From: Atractiella rhizophila
Lineage: Eukaryota
Direction: 5' to 3'
Assembly: GCA_021432655.1 (NCBI GenBank)
Contig: MU271351.1
Coordinates: 1 to 64,000 of the forward strand
DNA: 64,000 bases
The notes beneath the pieces are model-generated. The model had not been told where the DNA came from. It searched no databases and saw only the letters and a program-made list of their open reading frames with translations. A program made the position numbers and the translations under genes. Below are positions 26,456 through 39,904 of the stretch, one piece after another (within the stretch, counting starts at the first letter, position 1; every line of letters starts with the position of its first letter).

Positions 26456-28928
26456 ATGCCGTACAGCAACAGCACTCTTCACCTTCCACAATGGAGCGCC
26501 CTTCAGCACCGCTTGCAAGACTTTATCCACAGACAGCAAAAGCTCGCCGAATCCCTGTCCGGCTGGTTGTCCAACTCCTCCGCACTGAACTTGAACGGCA
26601 CCAGCAACGGGACGGTCAGTGATGGATTGATAGGGAAGGGAAAGGAGCTGAAGGATCTGGAGAAGATGGACGTGTTTAGCGTCAGCTGGGCTTTCTTTAC
26701 CAGTTCCTTCTTCGCAACGTTGGCAACTAGTGTAGGTACTTCCGTCTTTGGACTCTCACAGGGTTTATTGTCGTGCTTCTGCTATTGAGATTTGGGATTC
26801 TCTTCAGACCGCCTACTTGTTGGCAGCACCAACATTAGTCATCGCTGTGATATGAAAGGGAGGTCGGCTTACGGCCCGCTTGCATTCCCGCTCTGACCTG
26901 TTGTGCTCCTTTGCAGGCACTTCATTCCGTGAAATGTGTACCTCCTTGAACTTTTCTTTTCTTCATGCTCCGACTAAATCATTGCTGCAAATAGATGATA
27001 AGGCTGGTGTTGGCATGAAGGAAGTTGTCTACTTGGTGACCTGCCCATTTGCTTTATGCTCCTTGTTGCCTATCTGCTCAGCTTGACAATCTCTTCGGCG
27101 TAGAACGCTCTGTTCTCTCTCATATTTACTCCTAAGGATTGAATTGTAACACTTTGGGAAGTTGCGAATAGCAAAAATGTTGATATGTGGATGAAGAATT
27201 GGTAGAAAGAGACAGCATATTCAGTCCTACCAAATGTAATGTGGAGATCACTATCGTATTTCTGTCCTAATTTAAATAACCCTGGAATCACAGGACCGGG
27301 AGAAGCATATCATGTTGATGAACCATTAGAATCCTGTACCCAAGCATACTTGCACTAATGCATTTTCTCAGATCTTCCTCTTAAACCGTATCGAGAACAT
27401 CGTTCCTGCCCGTCGCCCGACTGGGTTTTCGCTATCACCTCTTCAACGGCTCGCGTACCGACTCCCATCACTCCTCCTCCTCCTTCGATCACTGTATTAC
27501 CTACTGCCATCCTCTGCGCTAGAATCGCTTCCTGCCTCCACAACCTGGGGTATATATCTGTCTCTCCTCCTCACGAACGTTACGGAGACATTCTTACGAG
27601 CCATTGAGAATGACTTGTCCTCTCAAAACTCTATCCCGCTTCTCTCTCTCGCTGTCTTGCTACATAACCACTCGAAGCATTTTTCTAACCCTGAGAAATT
27701 GGGTGAGAAGGAGAAAGCTTACATGGGACATGTGGACACTTATCTCTTTCTCACGCTCCTGGAACTGTTTGCGCTCCACCTCACCTCCTGTTTCTCCCCG
27801 CCCATGCGACCGATCAAACTCCATATCACTGCCACCTTTTCATTTCTTTCGCAATTCCTAGCGCTTCTCGCTCTATATCGTCTTTATTCTGGATCTTCAA
27901 AAAGTGGCACAGAGCATTACATGGCTTTAGGCGGATCGATCTGGGCACCGCGACGTATCCCAGAGCTCGCGATGGAAGCAATGGTCTTCGTTCACATCTT
28001 CTTGTCATCCCTCACGATAACAATTCGGGAGGGCACAAGCGCTCTGACGCTCGAGCGAGTTTTCGGGGAGAGATCGGCGTGGATGGATGGACGGGACGAG
28101 TGGGTTCTTGCGCTTTTGAAGTACACCAACGCAATGCTGGAGAACTCGGAATTGACGGGAATGAGCAATGAAATGCCTCCTCTCAATTCTCCTCAACAGG
28201 TTTCGATTTCGAGGTTCAACCAACCCATGACGACGCGAGGGCGGCGGCGGGGACTTGGGAATGAGATCCAGACAGTCAGAGTCGAGGATAAAGACTGGCA
28301 TAATCCTCGATGGAGCGAACTGAAGCGATTGGCAAGGACTATATCGAGGATAGGCAGGTATTGGGGAAGGCAAACACGACGGAGATTGCTATTGATATGG
28401 CCGTGGGGACGAGAGGTGGATCTGCAGAACTGGCGCTCTGACAGTCCTGCTCCCTTCATCGAAGTGGCAGAAGATGGCGACAGTGATTCCTCCTGGGAGA
28501 CAGAGTCCTCTTCTGGCGCCTCTGATTCATCGAGCGATTTGAGATCGGATGATGAAGGTAGCGATTCCCACAACGAAGGTCTGGACGAGCTGTATGCCGA
28601 GTTGAACGAAAATCTCACTCCATCAGAACAAGCTGAGCAGGCGCGTCTATTGATGGCCCACCTTTCCTCACGCAGGACCATCACGCGTCGTTCTTGGGCT
28701 ACCCAAAACATCCAGAAAGAACCAGACGCAGAGAAACGAGCGGAGTTGGAACGAGCAAGACTCTGTATAATCTGCTTATCGGAGAGAAGATCCATCCTGT
28801 TGTGGCCATGTCGATGCCTCAACATGTGTGAGGACTGTAGAGCTTCGATTGCAGAGCGGCCTGGCAGTGAGAGCTGCCCTACCTGTCGAAAACGCATCGA
28901 TGGTTACAGCAAAGTCTTCTTGCCGTGA
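26456..28928 (+). CDS. Asi1/Asi3-like transmembrane RING E3 ubiquitin ligase
   Basis: C-terminal RING CIICLSERRSILLWPCRCLNMCEDC..CPTCRKRIDGYSKVF and several hydrophobic segments. The N-terminal part FFTSSFFATLATS|IFLLNRIENIV joins across intron 26732-27371. Confidence 0.8.
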
Positions 28929-29474
28929 TCATTTGTTGTCCAGAACAGAATGTAGTGCTTTCTACACCAATCCAATGTATCAACTTGCCATATCTTTCAA
29001 TCTCCAGTTGAGAGCGACATGAGAATTGACATAGGCAGCGTCTACCTAAATGTATAATCTGAAAACATCCCAAAATACCCAAAGGAAAGCATCTATGACA
29101 ACAGCAAGCTAAAATACTCAGAGAACACAGTAACCCATGTGTGCCAGAATCTTGAGCAGATGAAAAACCGAAAGTAAACTGAATTATGACTAGATAAGTT
29201 CGCAGATAAAGGGATCATTCTTGTATATCGTTTCACGATGAACTGTTGTCACAATGGATGCGAGGCAATCAGCAAAGAAATCCCAAACCCCAAAAATGCG
29301 CTGTGATAAAATGCACGACCCTCTCGAAGTTGGCCGACCCAAATCATGAAAGAATGCGTGGAAAGGAACGGGTTGAGCTGTCATGACGGACGTAGTTATA
29401 ACATGGAACACGGCTGGACATGCGAATCAGAAGGAGCCAATGAATTGTATCGGGAATGCAGAATGGTGCAGAAA

Positions 29475-32400
29475 CTACGCCATATCTTGAGGACAGAAAT
29501 AATCGATAGATTGAGGGTTTTCGATAATATCGTCACCATCATTATCGGAATGCTGGATTGATGGCGGAAGCGTTCGCCCCTCGTCAAAATCCTTTTGAAG
29601 TCGGATAAGGCTCGCCGCAAGATCCGGTAGACTTTGAGCTCCTTTGACAACCCAGTCATCAGCACCTGACAGATAGCCTCGCTTCATGTCGACCTCGTTA
29701 CTCAAACCCTGCCGGTGCCTTAGCCCATGCACAGGAACGCACCATGATACAAGATACTTACAGTTAAAGCAATCTATCAAATGTGCTCAGTACCTTGATG
29801 AAACAAGACAAAAAGACTTACAATTCTGGATCGAGGAAGTCTCTCTTCTTCCTCGTAAGCACGAATCCATCTTGTTGCAGTCAACCCATCGACGTTCGGC
29901 ATCTGTAAGTCCATATAGACGACGGTGGGTCTATGCTTCCGATAGAGATCTGGAGTTCAAGTTAGAAACAATACTTCAGTCCCTGACAACATACCATAGG
30001 CTTCTTGACCATCACTGGCTGCATAGTACGTGAAATTATGCATCTTCAACATGCGTGTCATCACGTTGCGAGATATCATGTTATCATCTGCCACCAACAC
30101 AGTCTGTGGAAATTATCAACTATGAGTCCAACCTTAACTCCCTTACGTACCACAAGCTTTCGAGGAGATGATCCAAAGCTGGTTTGCGATTCTGGTTCTG
30201 TCGAAACGGTGAAGTCAGTGGAGGAGGAAGAAGCAGTGGCCACCTTCAATTCTGGGGCCCCAAGGACGGAACCGTTGGGTTGTGGATCCCCTGGAGCGAG
30301 TGTGTTGATATTTGAAGATGCTGGAGGCGAATCAGCAGAGATCACAGGAGCAAGGGGTGATGCTCCGGCCATCTGATTATCGAACAACTTTTTCAGATCA
30401 TCTGAAATGATGGATCGGCGGAACTTGACGTTGTCCTCCGTTATAAGAGTCTCTCCTTCCTTTAATAGGGGAGTTGGCTCATGAGGATCGGGATCCAGAT
30501 TGCATAGGTGGAGTGGTAGGATGACAGTAATGGTCGTTCCCTGTCCGAAAGTAGATGTTGCCTCAATTTTGCCTCCCATTCGGCGTACAATGGAGTCGAC
30601 AATACTCATTCCCAGACCTGTGAACACCTATCGACATAGCTTCGAAGGAGAAAGTATCGGCGCACCTGCTCCAGAAGAGAATGGATTCTGTTGCTTAAAA
30701 GGAAGAAAGAGTTTTTCCTTCAAAAACTCTTCATCCATGCCTATTCCGGTATCTTGCACAACGAACGAGACAATCCGAACCCCCTTTTTAGCTGTCTTGC
30801 GTGATGTGTGCAATTCTCTCAACGTCATTTTGACCCAGCCAGACCCTACAAAGCGATGAGTCGGCATGAATGTAATTTAAGGAGGGCGCACATGTGAACT
30901 TGAGGCTGTTGCCCATGATGTTGATTAGAACTCTGTGGAGAGGGGTCAGTTCTCTGCAGGTATAGAAGGAGACGGCGTACCTCTTGAGACCAGCAACATC
31001 CACATCTGCCAGCCATCCGCCTTTACGGTCCTCAACCTCGAGGATAATGTCGACATCATTCGGAAGCTCGGACGCGTTCTTCGGGCCTTCAGCGTCGACA
31101 CTCACGGCCTCCGATTTGCGCTTTCGCATCCAACTGCCTCTTGCCACTTCTTCTGCCAAAGCCGCTAGATCTACTGTTGTCAAAGTCCTGAGTGGAGCTT
31201 TAGCTTTCGAATCGTCGTCTGTCGCATTCGAGAGTTTGCCATAATCAAGGACGTCTTCAAGTAACTGGCCTAAGGTCTCTCCGCAAACAAACGCAGCAGA
31301 CAGAAGTGGATCTATTTTGGTGAGTAATTCGGGAGGGCATGCCATTCGAATGAGCTCGAGTTGACCAACTATGCTGTACAGGGGACTTCGAAGCTCGTGG
31401 CTAACCTGAGAGACAAAAGCGAGTTTGGCTTGATCTGCCTCAACCACCTTCTTTTTCATCAAACTAGCCAAGCAGACTGCGCCAACGCTCTGAACAAATG
31501 CTGCATCGTCAATTTCAAAGCGTAGATGTGCCGAGCTTGTCACGATGATGGCGAGAGTCGCGTTCTTAAGGTGGTCGAAGAAAGGAAAGCAGATCGAAGC
31601 CTGACAATCGTCAGGTAGCAACTTCGCAAGAGCATGGCGAGCGGCCCGACCATCAAAACGCGAGATACCAGTCTATCAATCGCCATCATTGACCGAACAT
31701 CAGATCAGAAAGAAGGCTCACTCGATCGTAGTTGGCTAAAAATTTGCTCAGCCTTTCCCGCAAATCTTCCCGCTTCTGGTTCGTAGGTCCACCATCTTCC
31801 AATGTAAAGTCCTCTGCCCATCCATCACCACCGTACTTTCCCAAAAAAGAAATACTTCCTCCCCCTCGATACGTTGGAGCAACTGTTCCCGTCCCACTCG
31901 ACCTCTTCCTCGGTTGGGGAAGTGACGGCGCAATCGTTGGGGTTCTGTCATCTCCAGTTTCTTGTCTCCGATGCTTTACCTTACTACTTCGTCTGCGGGT
32001 CGGCCCTTCGTCGAAAGGAGTGACGTTCGAAGGGGTAGAAAATTGGCTGCTCTTACCGCTCGGCAAAGCCGTTCCACTGCTAGGATAAAAGTTTCGAAGG
32101 TCGAGCATGACGCAACTGTCAGCGTCCAAAAGCTCCGCGATAGATTTCGCAGCCTTGTCAAACATGAAGGTCTTCTTCTTCGGCGGCGCAGACAGGGAGG
32201 CCAAGTTTTGAGGAGGAGGGGAAGGAGATTCGGAGCTGTTCTCGCTGCCGGTGGAATCAACAGGAGAGGAGGGACCTAAAAGATCGGACTGGTTGCTTCC
32301 TCCGTTTTCCATTCGCCTCTTGTCTGTGTGCCCCCAGAGAGGGGGAGTAGGAAAGGGAGAGCCAGTGCTGCGAGTAGACGACGCTAGTTTGGAATTCCGG

Positions 32401-34737
32401 CGATTGAGTTGAGTAGCCGGTCTTGAGTCTTCTCTACTCGCCAACCCAGTTGAGTGGGATGCATCCTCTTGACTCTTCTCTGGCTCCTCGCTTTGATTCA
32501 GGACTGCGTCCGAGAGAAAAGTAGTCAAGAACTCCCTCATTCTCCTCTCTTTGTCCCTCCTCTCCTGCTGCCATGCTGACTCCAATTCCTTCGAAATGAT
32601 TGCCGCCAGGTCCGACAACAGCGATTTATCATGATCTGTAAACGTTCTCGGCTTATTGTCGATCAAGCAAAAGGTCCCAACCGGCACTCGTTCCTCCGAC
32701 AGTCTTCTCCTTCTCCAAACATCCTCTCCTTTACTCTCGGCCGGCGTTCCACTCTCGCTGTCCCTCGGCGAAGCTCTCGAGCTCGCAGACAACGAAGGAC
32801 TTGCGGACGACGATTGATTCGCGGGTCCATTGAACCAACCTGGAGTGGTAGCGACGTGAGAAGTACTGGTGCTCCTACTTCCAGAATAAGGAGTCTGTGA
32901 CCCTGAAGAAGAATCGGCTTTAAGACAGATATTGGCTCCGGCATAGAACTGAATTCCACCACCATCCTTCACGAAAGGATTATTCTCGAACCTCCAATCC
33001 TTCCCAGCATCTTCCACGACGAACGGTTGACCATCCCTCCTCAACACGCTGTGGGGACAGATTGCTTGTGCTAGATCACACATGTCAAAGGTCCCATCAC
33101 CATTGTCTTTCACGACGTTCGACCATCCGATTTCTGAGGTGACAAGTTGGTGATCGCACAGCAAGAAGGTAATGATGACAGTAGTCGTCCCCCAAAAGCC
33201 TTTCGCCAGCCTAGCACAGCGCTCCAAAATCTCTCTATTCTTCCGTACATCCAACCCATAGCGCTTAATGACCCTCTCCCTAGCTTCTCTCTGCTCCCTA
33301 TCCACTGGTGCCGGGAAGTAGCCATGTTCTTTGAAGAAGAGTAACGGATCGGTTCTTCGAGGATCAATGAACGTTGGAGCAGATCTTTCTTGGACGGGAG
33401 ATAGGGGAGAAGAGGCACTGGCTTCCCGAGCTGAATTCGAGGTTGGCGGATCGAGATCTGGCGATACTTCCGGAAGGGTGGTCGAGGTCCACAACGGAGA
33501 AGGCTGTGGAGGGAAATATGAGTCGTTGAGGGATAATGTACGATTGTGTCGAAGGGAAGAGGTTCCGGGGGACTGAGGTCTCGAATGTGGGGAACGAGGA
33601 GGTCTATGGCTTGACGGAGCAGCATTAGGGGCAAATCCAACCCGAGGAGAGCGAAAGTCCATCATGTAATTGGGGAAGGGGAAATATTCTTGACTTGAGC
33701 GATTCCTGATGGCGAAATGCTGGGCGAAAGGGTTCTCTTGCGCCTCTTTCGAGCTGGACGTAGACAAGATCGAACTGGCGCTCGTCGAGCTTTCCGATCC
33801 GGGAGTCGTGAGTATCATTTCGTCTAACAAATTCGTCGAGCCCCTCCTGAGATGTTTGATTATCTCCGGCATTTCCGCTGGTCGATCGGAAGGAAACTCT
33901 CCCCTCTCATAACACCGTAAGAACTCCCTCCATTCTCTCACCATCGAGATCGGGCACCCATTTGTCCCGCACTCGACAGACCCAATCCGTGAGCCGTGAA
34001 CGAAGGAAGTTGGTGAGGCAAGGATGGAGGACGAGGGCGAAGCCTGGTGCTTGATTCCGGGGGAAAGATTGAGAGGTCGCGGTGCTGGAGGAGAAGCTGT
34101 GGGAGGGGAGATCCGAGGAGTGCGCTCCACGTCTGAAGTAGGGGAGGCAGGGTTGCCGAATGGTAGCGGAGGTGACCCCGGTATAGGACGGAGGGTTCGT
34201 TGGGAGTTCAGGAGGATGGAACGAGTCGGTAGGGAAGAGTCAGATGTCGAACGACGACCAAGAAGACGCGGACGTTGGCTCTGGTAAAAACTGTTGGATG
34301 TGGAGGAGGGTGACGGTTCAGGCTAAAAATTGGGGATGCTGTTAGCTGTGGAAAGGTGTGATGGCATGAGTCGCCAGACCATCTTCCAGCAATTTCTCTT
34401 AGCTTGTATATATGGTGATGGCTAATTGAGAGTCGCATGACACCTCAAATTTCCAACTCTCAACGGAAGAAAACAATCCATCCATCCTATGACATCATGC
34501 CATCCCTCAGCAACGGAGACAACTCACCACAGCCACAGCCTTTCCCTTACCCTTCAACGCAGAAGGTGATCCAAAGCCGGTCTCCTCGTGAGCCTGACTA
34601 TTGTCAAAGATGACAGTCAAAGAATCTGCCTCGCCGTTGCTTCCGACTATGGTCGTGGCAGTAGGATCGTTATGGGGCTGAGATGAAGGAGAGAGTTTTA
34701 TAAAGTGATGGGATGAAGAAGGGGTCGAGTTGACCAT
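29475..34737 (-). CDS. Hybrid sensor histidine kinase (GAF, HisKA, HATPase, REC), multi-exon
   Basis: GAF motifs IQFYAGANI and VGTFCLIDNKPR, H-box SQVSHELRSPL, N-box NIMGNSLKFT, G-boxes VQDTGIGM and GLGMSIV, and receiver VLVADDN..VVYMDLQMP. Confidence 0.92.
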
Positions 34738-35970
34738 GCCGAAAGAACGAAAGCAATTCGAGAAGTTTGGCGGCTGTTGTATATGAATTGGCGTGAAGTT
34801 CTAGTGGACAGTCGGACACGGTCGACCTTGCCAACTTGGATTTGACTCGAGATTTCGCTGTTGACCCTATTCCAATTCGCAATTCGAGTACTCACGATGA
34901 TATTTGCTTAATTTCCTGTCAATTCCCAGCGTATGGACTGATTGTGGGATCAAAAAGTGTGGTTGAGGAGAGCAAAGGCGAGGTGGTTGATGATCGGGAC
35001 AATCTAGGGTTGCTGTCCCTGCCATAACCATAACCCGACTTTAACCCTAAAACCTCACCTGACCCTTCATTTCAGCTCGATTTACTATGGGTTTCTGGAG
35101 AAATGACAGCGCAGTTGAAACGCGAATGAATTTGATTTGGGTTACAGCAAACTGTGTATCGTGAAAGAGCACGAGATGAGCGCCGAATTGCTTCATATTG
35201 TGACAGGGCACAGTAGGTTGCATCCACTTCTTTGGGCTTAACTTCTGTGTCCACATCTCACAAACTGGTGCAGACCTCAACGTTTAGTGTGCCCACTTAG
35301 AAATCGAGATTCGTAAGGTATTTCGCTTACGAAGAACATGAAGCTGCGTAATTCGGTCTTAAAATAATTTTTGACCGCCGCCTTGTGGCATGCGCACATT
35401 TTAATGGAAGGAGAGAGTTGTAAACGGCCTGCTGACCCATATTGAATAATCACAGCTCGGCTTCTTACACGTTGAATGCCTATTTGTGAGCTTCTAGAAG
35501 CTGTGATACTTTTGGGATACGTTTCGGACGCAGTGCACATGCCGACCAAGACTGTTTAAGCTGGAAGCAGCATATCCGAGTCAATTTGCACCAGTTGTCG
35601 AGTATTGATTTATGCTTGTTTGAACTGTCGAGCCACTTAGGTCGCATTAACTTTGACATCCAACTAACTATGGTTTCCTTTCTGCTCTTTCTGTCTCGGA
35701 TATTCCTCCCGTCCCTGTGCATTCTATGATTACATTACATGACTTGTGGCGACGTTGTGCATGGGCCAGATGGCAAAGGTCGAACTTGACGCCACCATGT
35801 TCGATGGTCGATGCTGACAAATTGTTTGTTGCAGGACCCTCCTTTCGGCTTGATACCAGATGAGTTTCTCAGGTTAGTCTTTTGTCCTGATCTGCCCATG
35901 CGCACTGATTCATCACGAACACCGTAATCTCCTGCTCCTGTCGATAGTTGCTCCTGCCAATATAAATATT

Positions 35971-37212
35971 TCAATATCCCGTGTATTTCGGGGATGCGAG
36001 CTTGACATCCACTCCTTCCCTCTCAAACTTCTCTAGAATCCTTCGCTGAAGCTCTAGCACGTCCCGTTCATCGTCATCCGTTACGCCGAACAGGAGAACC
36101 GCCTCCTTCGTCCCGAGTTCCAATTTCTTAAGCAAGGGGATTGTTGCGCGCTCGAGGACTTCAAATAGGCTCTTCTTGTATTCCCAGCGCACGCTGTATA
36201 TCCGCAATGCCTCGAGTGTGGGAGGAAGATGTGAGAGGATCTGGAAATGCCATGGCATGGGTGTTTGAAGGGTGAAAGACCGCAGGCGACAGAGCTTCGA
36301 GATGGCAGAGGATATTGCGTCGCCACATAGCTTGTGGGAAGATTCAGGAGGGACCGAGCGGGAATAAGGGAGCAGAAGCTCGAGAGAAAGGTTTTGCAGC
36401 GACAGTGGAAGAAATCCGGCTAGAGCATGGATGATGGGCTCCGTACAAGACAAGTACAATTCTAAGGACGAAAGGTGAGGAGATTGCGCGGTTAAAGAGC
36501 GTAGAAGCTCTTCGTCGTGATCTTGAACGGACATCATGAGTGAGAGAGAAGTTAGGTTGAGTTTTACCGTGCTGGGAGGCAGAGGTCCAGCCGTCGCTCT
36601 GAGTTCTTCGATGTGAAGGACTGTTACCGAGCTGGACATATTTGTGAGAATATAATTGATGACCTTGTCGGCCGTCCAGAGCCAAGAATGGCTAATTTGG
36701 AACTCATCTTCGAAGAGGTAAGGGTATGAAAGATAGGCAATCTTGGATATTTGTCCTCCTCTCCTTAGAGCGGCCCAGATTGTTTCCTCTAAATCAGGAT
36801 GGATGAACACAACATCATCGGATGGCTGGTGAAACCTGACAGAGCGCAGACTTGGGAGGAGATTCAAGATCTTCACGATGGTGGCATAGAAATCCATTAA
36901 GTCTTCATCGTCCATCTCCAGAAGGTCCACGCGAGAGACGAGGCCGCGAAGCTCCGGGTTGGCTTCTAGAGTTTGGAAGAGGCTTTGACATTGCGCGAGA
37001 GAGTAAAATTCTAGGTGCTGATACAGCATCTCGAGGGCAAAAGGAAGCCACAACTTGCAGACCAGGCAGAATGGCGCGATCTTAGATTCACGACGCGAAG
37101 GAAAGACATTGGTGCTTCGAAAGATTGAGCGAAAGTCCTCCTTTCTATCCGTCACAATATTCTGGAATATGAGTCGAAAAATCTCTGGAGGAATATGTTG
37201 GATCTTGCCCAT
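35971..37212 (-). CDS. F-box-like / LRR-like protein, intronless
   Basis: N-terminal IPPEIFRLIF...CLVCKLWLPFALEMLY followed by LxxLxL repeats. Confidence 0.7.
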   Translation of the reverse strand: MGKIQHIPPEIFRLIFQNIVTDRKEDFRSIFRSTNVFPSRRESKIAPFCLVCKLWLPFALEMLYQHLEFYSLAQCQSLFQTLEANPELRGLVSRVDLLEMDDEDLMDFYATIVKILNLLPSLRSVRFHQPSDDVVFIHPDLEETIWAALRRGGQISKIAYLSYPYLFEDEFQISHSWLWTADKVINYILTNMSSSVTVLHIEELRATAGPLPPSTVKLNLTSLSLMMSVQDHDEELLRSLTAQSPHLSSLELYLSCTEPIIHALAGFLPLSLQNLSLELLLPYSRSVPPESSHKLCGDAISSAISKLCRLRSFTLQTPMPWHFQILSHLPPTLEALRIYSVRWEYKKSLFEVLERATIPLLKKLELGTKEAVLLFGVTDDDERDVLELQRRILEKFEREGVDVKLASPKYTGY

Positions 37213-37613
37213 TCCTGACAACACTGCGTTTTATTCAGAAACGGTGGGCTCCTCTCTGATGTAGATAGATCCATTGCTTACAGGAATCAATAGGGTAATG
37301 TGTTTGGTATAGAATGCCCAAAAGGGCCAGAACGGAGCATATACGACCTGATTATGAAATACGAATTCGGCTCCGTTAGAATGTCATTTTTTGGGTTTCT
37401 TGGTATTTAGCGGGACCTTCAGAGGAGATTAGACCACCATGATGTTCCACTAGTATCCTACTCATAACTGCAGAAGTGATCAGGATCGTAATACTTCTAA
37501 CTACCACATTATGCACGAAGTTCCTTGCCAACATCAAGACGTTTCACAGTTCACAAAGTTACATTCATTTCTGCATTCAATCATATTTATACCAAATGGG
37601 AAGGAAGAAAGGC

Positions 37614-38111
37614 TCATTCTATGGGTTCCTGCGCACCCGTCCCTCTCAGTCCAGTTCCCCAGACTTTTGTAACGAAGGCTTTGACGTCTTTCATCATCTC
37701 TCCTTCGTCTTCATTGGCTTCTTCGCCTCTCTTTGATCCTAACCCAAGGCCTACAATAATAGGTTTGCCGTCATTTGAGAGAATTGCCGCGATTTGAGTG
37801 GCGTAGATTGATTCCAACGGCGTTGCAACCCCAAGGAGTGGCTTGACCAGGATTAAAGGGTCGATGGGCAGGGGAGACTCGGTTGTGGAGGGTAGAGTAG
37901 AAAGTTGGCCTGGCGACTCTTTGGAGACTTGGACCTAAATTAAAATCGATGAATCCCCATAAAGAAAAGTGGCCCAACGAACCCAGCAACCCACGCGACC
38001 GTCCAGCTGGCTGAAAATACACACTATTCGGTCTGCATAGACTTGAATGAGTAAGTCTGTGGCACGACCTCGAATATCTCTATTGCTTTGAAACGTAGGA
38101 ATCCTTGACAT
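37614..38111 (-). CDS. Proteasome assembly chaperone 3 (PAC3/PSMG3)-like, two exons
   Basis: MSRIPTFQSNRDIRGRATDLLIQVYADRIVCIFSQLDGRVGCW|..KPLLG..IYATQIAAIL..PIIVGLGL. Confidence 0.7.
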
Positions 38112-38708
38112 TTTTTGGCAGTCAGGTGGGCGGAAATGAACGTAAAATGATCCGAACTTTGATCCAGTTTTCCCAGTTTTCCAAAGACCTAGTATAACAA
38201 CAAGGGATCTGAAGCATCATAGGCGTGAAGGTAGATCTATAGAAACAAAATCATGATGATTTGATTGGAATCAGATCTGGTGTGTTGAACTGTGACCTAA
38301 TGGCTTTGAAATCTCTCGATAAGATTTTCTATCGCAGAGTAGGCCTTATGATAAATCAAGGTCGCCGCCAGTTTCTTCGTTCGCCGGTGGACTATTGAAG
38401 GAATAATTTGCATTTGAACATATATACATCAGAAGGTTGTCAATGATTCATTTATTGCCATGTTCAATCTCGAGGTTTAGAAAGCGTTATGCCAATGGTA
38501 GCGTTTGAGTACAAAGGTTACAGACGATACTTTGGCAAATTTATGACAGCTTACACTCAAGACCATGGACAGCGGCGGTTTGTTCAACCTTTGTACGTGA
38601 CGTGGGCGACCAAACTACTGTTCAAGGAAAGAAGGGTTTTCATGAAGACTGGTATCGCAACTGAGAAAACGATTTGTTGCATTGTGAGTCCATACACTTG
38701 ATGACTAT

Positions 38709-39904
38709 TCAGCCAAACCTCTGCAAGACCTCATCGCTCAAACTCCTGCCGCCTCCTTTTCTCCTGTTAAATCTCTGCAAATTTCCTTTGATACAAACAA
38801 AGGAGAATTCTTTCCCCCTATTTTCCTCCCTCTTCAAAAATTGAAGCGTCTGTTCGAGGAAGAGCTCTACTTGCCCCAATGCATTCTGAACGAGGACGAC
38901 ATGAGAAGCCATGTTGGGAGATTGGGATTTAAACGTCTCCAACAGTTCGATGTGATCACGATAGTGTTTTGCGACAACCAATTGAGGAATACCGGAGAGA
39001 TAGAGCTGCGGGAAATGTTTGTTCCAATCTATCGTTTGCTTCGATGGAAGCGTTCGCATGTCCAGGAGGAGATTTTGAGGGACAATGTAGCCTGATTTGA
39101 TGACTTGCAATCCGGGAGGAGCTGTGAAATGAGGATTTTGGGCTGGTGCCACTACTTCGGCAGGTTGCTTGCAGGCGTCTACTTCGAACCGCACGAGACA
39201 TTTCATGGCACCCAGATTCTTCCCCAAATAAACATGAGAAAGAGGAAGAATATTGGCAGGACTTACATAGGAAACAATTCGGTTATGCCCACTTGCATTC
39301 TTGTTTGTTTGCGTCGTGACGGCCTTCACAAAATTTTGCCCAAATCCCCAGAACGTATTTGGGGGGATATCCTCGGTAGTCGCATTCTCCCACCGGCTAA
39401 AGATCATTGTCTTCTCTCCTGCCAGCTGAACATCAATCCTAAATTCCCTCTCTCTATCTGTCATTCCCGTGCCAGTCAACCACTGAATGAGCCGTTGGAG
39501 ACAGATCCTGTCTGTTATCAGATCGATGTCGGCAAAGTTGAAGTTAGGGTTGCAAGCGTCGATAGCGGTGAGGAGTGGAGAGACAGGCGAGATTCGAAGT
39601 GTATCGGAGCGCGCTCCATTTTGGTCGATGAACTTGGTGCCAGTCTCTGGTTCAATATGCACCGGAAGACGAGGCTCTCGCCAAAATGGTGGACATCCTG
39701 TTCCGTCCAAAGCTTTCAGTGACTTCCTTCCAATCGAGCACAGAAAGACAAGCCTGGAACTTCGATAGCTATGCCTTGGCCCGGCGCTTCCACCCAATTG
39801 TACGAAGCAACTGGAGTTACATTCTCGATTTCGATGCAGTAATTAGATTGGGGAGGAGGAATGACAGTTGGCCTATCCTTTTCGAGGTCGATAAAGAGCT
39901 GCAT
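38709..39904 (-). CDS. Fungal hypothetical protein with RAI1/DXO-like motif order, multi-exon; start approximate
   Basis: Motifs VASYNW..VPG|CPPFW, DLITDR..L, FRIDV, GFGQNF, GHNRIVSY, LVRFEVDAC and DWNKHFPQLYLSG. Confidence 0.65.

Noticed and set aside
28193..28897. Long antisense ORFs (this one, also 61828-62508 and 39105-39722)
   Set aside because: They are shadows of real genes on the opposite strand and have no recognisable motifs.
35000..35950. About 1 kb of intergenic sequence with several short minus-strand ORFs, a possible transposon relic
   Set aside because: I found no terminal repeats and no transposase or reverse transcriptase motifs.
38489..38701. Short ORF with EYKGYRRYFGKFMT, faintly like the neighbouring DXO-like gene
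   Set aside because: The similarity covers only a few residues and no other motifs flank it.
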